In this document: in pieces, positions 37,772-46,316 of the stretch
Layout of the letters: each line of letters begins with the position of its first letter
How positions within the stretch are numbered: position 1 is the first letter of the stretch
Origin: a virus
Virus record (IMG/VR): IMGVR_UViG_3300036893_000013
Location: 32,001-96,000 of that record
Strand: one strand, 5' to 3'
DNA: 64,000 nt
Notes under the pieces: generated by a model
Database searches by the model: none
Told to the model about the DNA's origin: nothing
What the model saw: the letters and a program-made list of their open reading frames with translations, nothing else
Position numbers and translations under genes: made by a program

Positions 37772-38428
37772 TTATCCTCTCTTTTGATTCCTGTAGTTAT
37801 AAAGGGTTTTTGCCCAGATTTTTTCATCGCAAAACCCAAAAACTTTATTAACTTCTTGTTCAGTTAAATAACCGTCAATAATTAATTTAAGAAGTACTCC
37901 TCGATAACCTCGGTGGGTCTCATCAATAGGTACTCCATTTCTATCGTATTTATATGAACTAAACTCTTGGATTCTACCTGATGGAATAAAACCTATGTAT
38001 CTAACTCCATTAGTATCAACACATCTGGAATCAATTATGTAAAGAGAAAATTCATCTAGAAAGTATGCATCTCCCACAATAAGATTGACACCTAGCAGTT
38101 CTCTTAGTTTAGAAATGAAGTCGCTGTGCCAGAGCCATCTACCTATAGAATCTCTCTCTAGATAGTCTAGTTCATCCGGTCTTCGCTGAGCTTCTACCGC
38201 CGCTGAATTCTCATTCATCTCTCGATAACGATGGTAGTTTTCTTCGATATTAAGCCGGGGGGTATTTAAACACTGATTACACAGGTTTGCATGTCCGTCC
38301 CGGCTGCTGGAATCTTTCTTAAACTTCTTATAAATGTACGCTCTACGACAAGCTGCACATTCTTTTCCCAGCAAAGAAGAAGAGAATGCAAGATCATGGT
38401 CAAGAACATTTTCTGGAGAATGCAACAT
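37772..38428 (-). CDS. Hypothetical protein with N-terminal CxxC-CxxC zinc ribbon
   Basis: KECAAC...FKKDSSSRDGHANLCNQC. Confidence 0.7.
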   Translation of the reverse strand: MLHSPENVLDHDLAFSSSLLGKECAACRRAYIYKKFKKDSSSRDGHANLCNQCLNTPRLNIEENYHRYREMNENSAAVEAQRRPDELDYLERDSIGRWLWHSDFISKLRELLGVNLIVGDAYFLDEFSLYIIDSRCVDTNGVRYIGFIPSGRIQEFSSYKYDRNGVPIDETHRGYRGVLLKLIIDGYLTEQEVNKVFGFCDEKIWAKTLYNYRNQKRG

Positions 38429-38457
38429 TAAGTCCTCTCGACACTTAAAATTATTCT

Positions 38458-39150
38458 TTAGATTTGATCTAGTGCGAACTCGCAGATAGTAACTGAGCCA
38501 CCTGCCGCACTACCAAAAACGGCACTCGGAGTAAAAATGAGTTTCGAGACTGTGGTAACTGCCACCTGATTGGAAAGTGCCGCTTGTGTTTTAGCTGTAT
38601 TACCAACCTGACCATCAAATATTCCACTGAGAGTCTGAGTGGTAGAATCCCACTGCACAATTGCCTCTAGGTAAAATTGACCAGTAGAAGTCGTGGTTGT
38701 ACTAGCGTTAGAGATACCAGCAGTTAAAGCAGCAATCTTGTAGGTGGCGGTGACAGCCGTCCCGTTGTAGATATTTACTGCGACTGTATTCGGACTAGCC
38801 GTAACAGTAGTTGGATTAACCGAAGCAGTTCCCATTACGCGAAGCTTAAAAGGTCTGCCACTATCAAAGGTAGTAGTACTAAAGAACGGAGGTTCGGTAA
38901 ACACACTAGTTTTGCGCCCGAAACTCTGACTTGAAATAGAACCGTTTTGATTGAATTCAATCGGGCTACCAGACCCAACTAAGTTACCAGTATTACCCTG
39001 AGGCACTGTGAGGGTTGCCGAGACCGTGGTCCCTGAAGTATCTGTACCGAGAGCAAATACCGTTTCGGTAGCACTCGCTAAAGTGAGCACGTTGACTTGG
39101 TTCCGTCCGGTTCCACCAACGTAAAGAGCAATTGTATCTGAATTAGCCAT
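38458..39150 (-). CDS. Putative capsid decoration/structural beta protein
   Basis: Thr/Ser-rich beta protein near the capsid gene; paralog of 51672-52274. Confidence 0.55.
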   Translation of the reverse strand: MANSDTIALYVGGTGRNQVNVLTLASATETVFALGTDTSGTTVSATLTVPQGNTGNLVGSGSPIEFNQNGSISSQSFGRKTSVFTEPPFFSTTTFDSGRPFKLRVMGTASVNPTTVTASPNTVAVNIYNGTAVTATYKIAALTAGISNASTTTTSTGQFYLEAIVQWDSTTQTLSGIFDGQVGNTAKTQAALSNQVAVTTVSKLIFTPSAVFGSAAGGSVTICEFALDQI

Positions 39151-39159
39151 TATTTCCTC

Positions 39160-39774
39160 TTAACTAACGCTAGCTGCGCTTTCATCGTGCTCTAGCGGCT
39201 TGAATATTCTTTCTGCTGTAATATTACCGTGACCGTCAAAGCCTATAGCTACAACGCCACCGGGCTTTACAACTAAACTTTTGTGATCCCCTGTCAATTG
39301 TGTTCCGACTTCATGTATAACGCTGCTATGAGCAACCACGAATCCCGGTCCTATTTTTGCCGCGTGTTCAAAACATTCAGCTAGAACAGGTAGAATTCTG
39401 TCTTTGAATTCGTTGAGGCTTTCGCCTTCTGGAACCGATTCGTCGGGGTTATTAATATATTTCTCTAACTCTTTTAGGTTTTCTTCGTTCTTAGGTTGAC
39501 CAGAAAACTTTCCTAGATTCCACGCTCTTAGTTGATCTGTGTCTGTAGGTTCTATGTCTGTTCCTTTGGCTAAAATATTTGCCGTTTGGGTGGCCCTTTT
39601 TTTGTCTGAAGAAACAATGAAGGAGGGTTTGACCTCTTCGAGAAATTTTTTAATTTCCTCTGCGTCTTTAAATCCCTCTTCTACTAAAGGAATATTAGCC
39701 TCACCACGAAAAAGTCCTTTTTGGTTGTACAAAGTTTTTCCGTGACGTATGAGATATATGACTGGAGTAAGCAT
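39160..39774 (-). CDS. Histidine phosphatase (phosphoglycerate-mutase-like) family protein
   Basis: YLIRHGKT, SSDKKRA.QTA, PEGES, VVAHS. Confidence 0.92.
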   Translation of the reverse strand: MLTPVIYLIRHGKTLYNQKGLFRGEANIPLVEEGFKDAEEIKKFLEEVKPSFIVSSDKKRATQTANILAKGTDIEPTDTDQLRAWNLGKFSGQPKNEENLKELEKYINNPDESVPEGESLNEFKDRILPVLAECFEHAAKIGPGFVVAHSSVIHEVGTQLTGDHKSLVVKPGGVVAIGFDGHGNITAERIFKPLEHDESAASVS

Positions 39775-39781
39775 ATTGAGT

Positions 39782-40021
39782 TTATTTACTTTTTGCTTCT
39801 CTTTCTCTTTTATATCTTGCGTCTTGTGAAACTTTCATTCTCGCTCTATACTCAGGGTCCTCCCAGAGTTTTATGGCTCTGTGCAAGTATCCGCGAGGAT
39901 TTGTCCTAGCAGAAGACTTATGACTAGTCCATCTGGTACTTACATCATACGTCTTTCCAACATACCATTTATCATTAAGAATATTAGTTATTATGTAGAT
40001 ATAAAAATGTTTAGATTCCAT
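39782..40021 (-). pseudogene. Internally deleted GIY-YIG homing endonuclease remnant
   Basis: YIYIITNILNDKWYVGKT...RWTSH...LHRAIK joined directly to a LWEDPEYRARM tail; only 79 aa. Confidence 0.65.
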
Positions 40022-40408
40022 TTAGCCTACTAGGATAAATTCACAAGGAGTACCTAGCTGGTTAGAAATAAGAGTTAGAGCAGATATACCATTAGTAGTA
40101 GTTACTTCTGAAAATGTAATTAAAGCTCCGGGGTCTAGAACCACAATACTAGCGGAACTGCCATTTGTAGGTGTCCACGACACAGTTAGAGTCGTACCGG
40201 CATTAGCAGACAAATTTTTTATATACAAAAACTCAATAGGATTAATGGGTAAGACAACCGCATAAGCGGTGGTACCAACAATAACGCTTTGACCGTAAGT
40301 ACTTATCTCACCGGTATAAGAGTTATTAAGCGGCTTAGACAAAGCCACACTCCCGGTCAAGTTATCTGTTAATTTTATTGCCCCTTGAATGGTTGCAGTA
40401 ACCGACAT
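40022..40408 (-). CDS. Small structural beta protein
   Basis: AAGGA RBS; FLYIKN motif; first gene downstream of the capsid gene. Confidence 0.6.
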   Translation of the reverse strand: MSVTATIQGAIKLTDNLTGSVALSKPLNNSYTGEISTYGQSVIVGTTAYAVVLPINPIEFLYIKNLSANAGTTLTVSWTPTNGSSASIVVLDPGALITFSEVTTTNGISALTLISNQLGTPCEFILVG

Positions 40409-40439
40409 TTTAATCCTTTAAACTTTTTTCTTAAAAATA

Positions 40440-40614
40440 CTAGCAGGGGAATGATCTTAGGAAGGTCTAAAATATCTTTGGCCCGCCTACTTTCCGGGAA
40501 ATAGAGTTAGCTGTGTGCTTTCTTCTATTTGCCGGAAGTTTGGCGAAGATACTTTACTTAGCGCACTCCCCCGGCCAAGGGTTTGTGCATTCAGGTTCTT
40601 ACGAACCCTGCTAG
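40440..40614 (-). ncRNA. Structured RNA element with predicted pseudoknot
   Basis: 9-bp closing stem CUAGCAGGG/CCCUGCUAG, GGUUC-GUAA-GAACC hairpin, loop UUGGCC complementary to downstream GGCCAA. Confidence 0.55.
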
Positions 40615-40641
40615 ATTAGTAGATCAAGACGTTAGTCTAAA

Positions 40642-41631
40642 TTAGCTTGAGCTTGTGTTGGACAAGATTTTACGGAGGCGCATCACACTACCCGGAGGAG
40701 GTGTAATAGTGAATTTCACATTATAGGAAATCCAGCCACCGATAAGTCTTGCAGGGTCTGACACCGAACCACCTTCAGGGGCCATCTGGATGTTCATACT
40801 GTAGTTCTTCTTATTTTTATCAGCCGGATTAGGACCCAAGAAGATACTGAGCAGAGCATCGTCGGCAAAGATGTACGTTGGATAGAACAAGTTGCCTGAA
40901 ATGGTTGTAGGAGATGCTGTAGTGGTTTCCTTAAACTTAACGCCAGCGAATTCAAAAGGTGCATCGCGGTCAACAGCCGAGAAAAGCTTCTTCTGAGTAT
41001 CACTCTGACGCTTCATAATATCGGTCAAACCGTTGAAGCTAGCATCGTTATACACGTCATGGGTGACGAGAGGATTGATGATACCCGCGTAGGTATCGCC
41101 CTCGAAGAACCGGACGTTGATGCTCGACAACTGTTGAGCGACAGTACGAATGTTAGAAGCGGTAAGAAAGGTACCGGTTGCAAGGGTCTGAAGAACCGTG
41201 CTATCAACACCTGTAGTGGAGTCAGCCGCAGTAGACACAAGCAGGTTAAGGGTGAGTGCCAAGCGATAGTTCATTTCCTCAGCAAGGCTGGACAGAAGAC
41301 CCTTATCATCAAGAGCGGTATCCATCAACAGATCAGAACTGTTAGTGTAGTCAGCATACTGACCAATAACAGCCTGAATCTTGACTGCGCTTTCAGGAAC
41401 CGGCGAACCAACAAAACCTTCAGTTGATTGCTGGATATTAGAACCCAAAAGGTTATAGGAGAAGAACTGTATAGTGTTACCACTATGCATGGGAAGCGGC
41501 CACTGTTTAGTGCAGCCCAAGAAGGGGGTTGACTGCTTCAAGTTAGGAATTGCTTTACGCTCGTAATAGATAGCTAGAGCGTTAGGAAAGTTGCCGGAAG
41601 CAACCGTATTTACTGCTGGTGAATAGGCCAT
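40642..41631 (-). CDS. Major capsid protein (N4-gp56-like, HK97 fold)
   Basis: 329 aa after the scaffold; LPMHSGNTIQF, TEG, QYADY, YAGIINP...D, FAGVKF.ET, DP...GG.ISY; biased codon usage. Confidence 0.85.
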   Translation of the reverse strand: MAYSPAVNTVASGNFPNALAIYYERKAIPNLKQSTPFLGCTKQWPLPMHSGNTIQFFSYNLLGSNIQQSTEGFVGSPVPESAVKIQAVIGQYADYTNSSDLLMDTALDDKGLLSSLAEEMNYRLALTLNLLVSTAADSTTGVDSTVLQTLATGTFLTASNIRTVAQQLSSINVRFFEGDTYAGIINPLVTHDVYNDASFNGLTDIMKRQSDTQKKLFSAVDRDAPFEFAGVKFKETTTASPTTISGNLFYPTYIFADDALLSIFLGPNPADKNKKNYSMNIQMAPEGGSVSDPARLIGGWISYNVKFTITPPPGSVMRLRKILSNTSSS

Positions 41632-41648
41632 TATGGTGCCTTAAAAAA

Positions 41649-42791
41649 TTATTGCCGACCTTGTTGCTGGGCGCGTAACTGAGCCGCAGCAATCATCCTT
41701 AGGTCTGCTAAGGATATATTTTGAAGGTCTACGTCTGTCAGCGGCTTCTCTTCTGGAACCACTGCTGGAGTACTACTCCTAGCGGGAATTCCTAAGCCCA
41801 CTGGCTGTCCGGTAGTTGTAGCAATACGCTGCGGGGCTGGCACGGATGGACCGGGTACAGTCACTGGTTCGGGTTTATGGGTTGCAACAGAACGGGGAGA
41901 CTCTGGACGTTCAAACAATTCGCTTTCAACCAGTTCTTCTTTCGCTGTTTCAAGATTCTCTAGAGTCCACTTACCTCTTTTGTAAACTTCATAAATACAA
42001 TCATCTACGATAGCTTGAGGGGTGTGTTTTGTAATCTTTTTATTCAGATAAGATTTTGCCATTCTAGCGACTAATATACGCATATTTGCTTCATTGACAG
42101 CATTATCTGCGGTCGTTACGTATTCTAGATAGTCAGGATTCTGATTGACAAATTCTGAATTTACTTCGTCTATATTAGCCTTTATATTCTGGGCTTCTAC
42201 TATTCTTTTAGCTTCAGGGGCAGACTTCAAGGCTTCGGCAAACTCGTCTGGATTAAGTCCAAATCTTTTCTTTACCCAAGCATCGATAGCTTCTGAAGGA
42301 TTATCCTGTAGTTTATTTTTAATTTCGTATACATCGTCTGCGGAAAGATTTTCAACTTTCGCTGTATTTCTTACCGGAGCGGCAGTAAGAGTAGCCTCTT
42401 CACCGCCTAAAAGTTTCTCTTTCTTAAGTCTATGAATGGCTTTACTTGCTTCTAACTTACCTTCAGCTAAAGTGAAAATCAATTCATCTTTATTAGGTCC
42501 ATAGAAATTTTCCGCTGTACTATTAGCTTCGCCGGAAGTCAGGGTTGCTCTCCAACCTCTGCTGGTCTTTTCTAACGTAATGCTGCCACCGTTCTTAGCT
42601 ATTCTAGTTTCAGGTGAAGTTTCTGTTGGAACTTCTGGGACTTCTGGAACTTCTGGAACTGTCGGGACCTTGAAATTTTCTGGCTTATCTAATTCTAAAG
42701 GAATTTCTTCAAAGAAATCATTACCTGTAGGATTGGCTAATGATATTCCGCTAGCCCATTCATTGAAAACATCTTTATCTTCGTTCGGCAT
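41649..42791 (-). CDS. Capsid scaffolding protein
   Basis: Acidic and Pro-rich, between portal and capsid; C-terminal helix ISLADLR. Confidence 0.65.
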   Translation of the reverse strand: MPNEDKDVFNEWASGISLANPTGNDFFEEIPLELDKPENFKVPTVPEVPEVPEVPTETSPETRIAKNGGSITLEKTSRGWRATLTSGEANSTAENFYGPNKDELIFTLAEGKLEASKAIHRLKKEKLLGGEEATLTAAPVRNTAKVENLSADDVYEIKNKLQDNPSEAIDAWVKKRFGLNPDEFAEALKSAPEAKRIVEAQNIKANIDEVNSEFVNQNPDYLEYVTTADNAVNEANMRILVARMAKSYLNKKITKHTPQAIVDDCIYEVYKRGKWTLENLETAKEELVESELFERPESPRSVATHKPEPVTVPGPSVPAPQRIATTTGQPVGLGIPARSSTPAVVPEEKPLTDVDLQNISLADLRMIAAAQLRAQQQGRQ

Positions 42792-42814
42792 TAGTCCTCA
42801 TTGTCTTAAAATAC

Positions 42815-43150
42815 TTAAGCCCAATCATCGTTATCATTTGGTATATTTCTAATCTCGCCTAATGTTATTTTTGCCATCTCACCTGCTTGTATAGCAGATG
42901 ATACTGCTTCTTTAACATTATTGTAGGCATTTCTAACTGAATACCAGACAGAAAAGGCAGCTAAGATAGCTTTATCATTTCCCGGTTGTTGCTCGCCTAG
43001 TTGAGTTAGGGCATCCTCTTCGATGCTTTGAAAGGATTTATCTATGATATCCCAGCCTTCAGTAGTAAGAGTAAATCGCAGGGCGTTGGCAGTATTTATC
43101 TGTTCTAGTAATTGTTCTTCTACATTTTGATCGTAGTCATAGTCAGCCAT
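42815..43150 (-). CDS. Hypothetical portal-adjacent protein
   Basis: TEGWDII motif, small helical protein after the portal. Confidence 0.65.
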   Translation of the reverse strand: MADYDYDQNVEEQLLEQINTANALRFTLTTEGWDIIDKSFQSIEEDALTQLGEQQPGNDKAILAAFSVWYSVRNAYNNVKEAVSSAIQAGEMAKITLGEIRNIPNDNDDWA

Positions 43151-43153
43151 ACT

Positions 43154-45247
43154 TTACTCCGGACCAGATTCAGAACCAAAACCGACACCACCGGGGCCGG
43201 GATTTCCAGTTAGTGCTTCCGGGGTTGCGCTTACTTCGAAAGAACGCCTCAAAACCTCGTTTGCGGCTCTAGCCATATTATTTTGTTCGGCAAGAGACTG
43301 CTGATGCTCAAACTTAGCTTGCTGCTGAGCATTGTCGTTCTGCATCTTAGCTTGCTGCATAGCTGCCGGTTGATTCTGCTGGGCCTGTTGTTTTTCTTGT
43401 GGAGTCATATCTATAATAACGCTATAGAAGGTTTTCCAACCGCTGGCCTCAAACATCATTTTCAGAACTTGTACAGTGTCTACTTTCTTACCTTCGGAGG
43501 CTAGGGATTGTACAATAAATTGGTTCTGGAGAAATTGCGTCATAAGGGGAAGTGACTGAGCCATTGCTCTACGTTCACTTAACTTACTTCCCGCTTGTAC
43601 ATCGAATATAAGTCTTGCGTGGCGAATTTCTTCTATATTACCACCGGTAGCAAAATACTGATTCTGCAACTCTTCGTTTAGAATTTTTTCTACCATTCCA
43701 GCAGGGAGTAGTCTTCTGTTCATTTCATCTAATCGGTAAAGAAAAGGAATGAACACTTGCTGGGCAAACTTCTCTAAAAATTCTGAGATTTGAACCCCTT
43801 GACCGCCTGTGATGGCGTTTGCTCCCGCTGCGGTTCTGGCAAGGTTGCTATGTCCAGTACTACCCGCAATACCTTGTGATGTAATTTCTCCGGCACCCGA
43901 GTTTTGTTCGACTCTAGCCTGAGACAAAGCTAGATGTTGCCCAGCTTCCGGAACTACGGGAGGTCTTTCTAACGGTTTAAAATCGTCTGCTTCATCTACT
44001 TCGAAGACCCGACCGGGATGAATACGAATACTCTGGGTCGGAATGCTTTTACCACGCTTGCGGGTATAGACTCCTGCAAGGGCGATGGCGGTTGAATCAA
44101 GCCATGTATTAACAATTCCTTGCTGAAGTCGCTGCTCTGATCCAATTGTTCTAGCGAGTCCAAGACCATAGAAAGCTCCCGGAACATCCCACCAGTTGAC
44201 TGAGAAGAAAGGGATTTCTCCGTAGGGATTAGGTCCATTGCAAATAACTTTCTTTTGTTGAACAACGATGATGATCTTTTCTTTATCCCAACGCTCTAAT
44301 ACTTCAAGGGGTTTTTCGAAAGGATCGTCAGTAGCTTGGGTCCAACGGGGGTTAGCCCTCATATCCCAGACTGCATTTATCCCTGTCTGTTCATCATAAG
44401 CCGGAATAGCTTCCTCTGCGGGAGGCATGAACCAACTCATAACTTCTTGACGGGAGGGTAGAGTATAACCCGGAACATCTCTAAGTTTTTCTAAATCATT
44501 GAATGTCATATACATACGGTGTATGACAAACTTAGCTTCGCGAATATCTGGGGTTCTTAGTGTGGGATCAACCAGAATATCTTTGATGCTCGTGATATTC
44601 TCAAATCGTGGTTGTTCGACACTTATTTCATCTGTTTTTTCTTCTAGAGGAGTATCGGGATCGTGGTAGGTAGTGTCAGGAACTCCGGGAATAGTAGACG
44701 GAATAACTGTTTTCTTATCTTCCCTATCATAGTAAGTATTTTTCTTTTTATAACTACTCCAACCCCACTTCCAGATATTAGTACCATATAAGCAGGCGTT
44801 GAGAACACCACGACGGACTTCTTCTTTGAAGTTAATTTCTTCTAACTGATAACCAATAATATCCGATATGGCTTCTACAGTTTTATATTGAGTGCCGGGT
44901 CTGGGTTGAAAGATGAAGGGAGGATCATCATAAAACAACCCATTTAGAATTTGAGGAGTAAGAGAGTTTACTGCTTTGGCGACGGTATAGAAAGGGATAT
45001 TAGCTCTTTCTAGCTGTGTGCCTTCCCAATATTTAGGAACAGTGGTAGACTGATATACAATAGAAGCTGAATTCCATCCAGCAATCCATTGCTTAGCTGC
45101 TTTAGCAGTTTCCGCGCTATAGGTGTCTCGTAGGACTAGAGTGAGTGCAGGGTCTTCGGCCCATTTCCCTGTCTTAAGGATTTGGGAAATTACTTCCTCC
45201 GTTAGTATCGGAGTGTTGCCGTTTCCTGCATCATCTATTAGAGCCAA
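43154..45247 (-). CDS. Portal protein
   Basis: 697 aa, TTG start; YGTNIWKWGW, DILVDP, NPYGEIPF, PGAFYGLG, RTAAG, Gln-rich C-terminal barrel. Confidence 0.88.
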   Translation of the reverse strand: MALIDDAGNGNTPILTEEVISQILKTGKWAEDPALTLVLRDTYSAETAKAAKQWIAGWNSASIVYQSTTVPKYWEGTQLERANIPFYTVAKAVNSLTPQILNGLFYDDPPFIFQPRPGTQYKTVEAISDIIGYQLEEINFKEEVRRGVLNACLYGTNIWKWGWSSYKKKNTYYDREDKKTVIPSTIPGVPDTTYHDPDTPLEEKTDEISVEQPRFENITSIKDILVDPTLRTPDIREAKFVIHRMYMTFNDLEKLRDVPGYTLPSRQEVMSWFMPPAEEAIPAYDEQTGINAVWDMRANPRWTQATDDPFEKPLEVLERWDKEKIIIVVQQKKVICNGPNPYGEIPFFSVNWWDVPGAFYGLGLARTIGSEQRLQQGIVNTWLDSTAIALAGVYTRKRGKSIPTQSIRIHPGRVFEVDEADDFKPLERPPVVPEAGQHLALSQARVEQNSGAGEITSQGIAGSTGHSNLARTAAGANAITGGQGVQISEFLEKFAQQVFIPFLYRLDEMNRRLLPAGMVEKILNEELQNQYFATGGNIEEIRHARLIFDVQAGSKLSERRAMAQSLPLMTQFLQNQFIVQSLASEGKKVDTVQVLKMMFEASGWKTFYSVIIDMTPQEKQQAQQNQPAAMQQAKMQNDNAQQQAKFEHQQSLAEQNNMARAANEVLRRSFEVSATPEALTGNPGPGGVGFGSESGPE

Positions 45248-45256
45248 AGTCTAACC

Positions 45257-45592
45257 TTAGCCCTTATAGGCTCTGCCGCCATTCCAGCAGCTATTCTGTC
45301 CAGTCGTTAGATCAACGCTACCACCACTGCCAGCACTTGTACCCGCTCCAGCACTTGATTGAGAGGCGCTCTCGCTCGATCCGCCCCAAACAGAAGGACC
45401 GGCAATACCTTTACCTTGCGCTGAGTTATTAAAAATCTGATCGGGAGAAAGCTTGATAATTACATTTGTTGAGCCTTGAGTCTGAGCATTGTCCTTTGAA
45501 GGAGCTTCGTAATCCCGAGGATTGGTAAGGTTTTCAGCAGGTCTAAGAATACTCCCTGAAGTAGACCCACTATTGTTGTTCATGTCAGCCAT
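45257..45592 (-). CDS. Hypothetical Ser/Gly-rich protein
   Basis: 111 aa ORF in the operon. Confidence 0.6.
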   Translation of the reverse strand: MADMNNNSGSTSGSILRPAENLTNPRDYEAPSKDNAQTQGSTNVIIKLSPDQIFNNSAQGKGIAGPSVWGGSSESASQSSAGAGTSAGSGGSVDLTTGQNSCWNGGRAYKG

Positions 45593-46307
45593 TGACTAAT
45601 TCCTTTTCATCTATTTCTTTTTGCTGTCTAGCTAACTCTCGCTTAACTGGGAGACTATCTTCTGGCAGGGTGTGAAATTTATTTTTAACGTTGTCGTAAT
45701 GAGCACAAAGAATTGCCCCGTGCGCTTTGATCTTAAAGCCTTTTTCTCTTACGGTTTTGCAGAAGTAGATATCTTCACTTACAGCGGTTAAACAATTATC
45801 CCCGTTGGCGTCTGGTTTGTACCCCTCTTCTGTTCTGAAGTAGGGAGCTTCTAGACTCTTAAAGACATCTGTATTGATCATCATACAGCCTGCGCCTGCG
45901 GAATCTATATCAAAAATCTCGTTAACTCGCCAGTCAAGAAAAGCTCCAGTTCCATTATCTCTATAAATTACCGGAGCAGGGGAGTAAGTTTTTGTACAAT
46001 AAATTCCTGTCGCAACCATTACATTTTCATCAACGCCATTGTCGAGAATATGACCTAAGCCTTGAATTGTATGTCTGGGAATGAGTACATCATCATCTAG
46101 AAAGAATAAGTATTTACAATTCTGTTCTAGTGCGGTTTTGACGATAGTGTTTCTCGCTGAAGTTATATCTTGACCTTCTACACAAATCACTGTCTGAGTA
46201 GTGTTTACGGGAAAATCTACTGTCTTTAGTGCTACTGCCCACTTGGGGTGAACCAATCTTCCGCCAAAAGGCAATCCAATTGCAATTCCTACTTGTGCCA
46301 TAATCAA
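45585..46307 (-). CDS. Glycosyltransferase, GT-A fold (family 2-like)
   Basis: ARN.IV..AL, YLFFLDDDV (DxD), SAGAGCMMI, SEDIYFC. Confidence 0.85.
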   Translation of the reverse strand: MIMAQVGIAIGLPFGGRLVHPKWAVALKTVDFPVNTTQTVICVEGQDITSARNTIVKTALEQNCKYLFFLDDDVLIPRHTIQGLGHILDNGVDENVMVATGIYCTKTYSPAPVIYRDNGTGAFLDWRVNEIFDIDSAGAGCMMINTDVFKSLEAPYFRTEEGYKPDANGDNCLTAVSEDIYFCKTVREKGFKIKAHGAILCAHYDNVKNKFHTLPEDSLPVKRELARQQKEIDEKELVNG

Positions 46308-46316
46308 TTTACCTGA

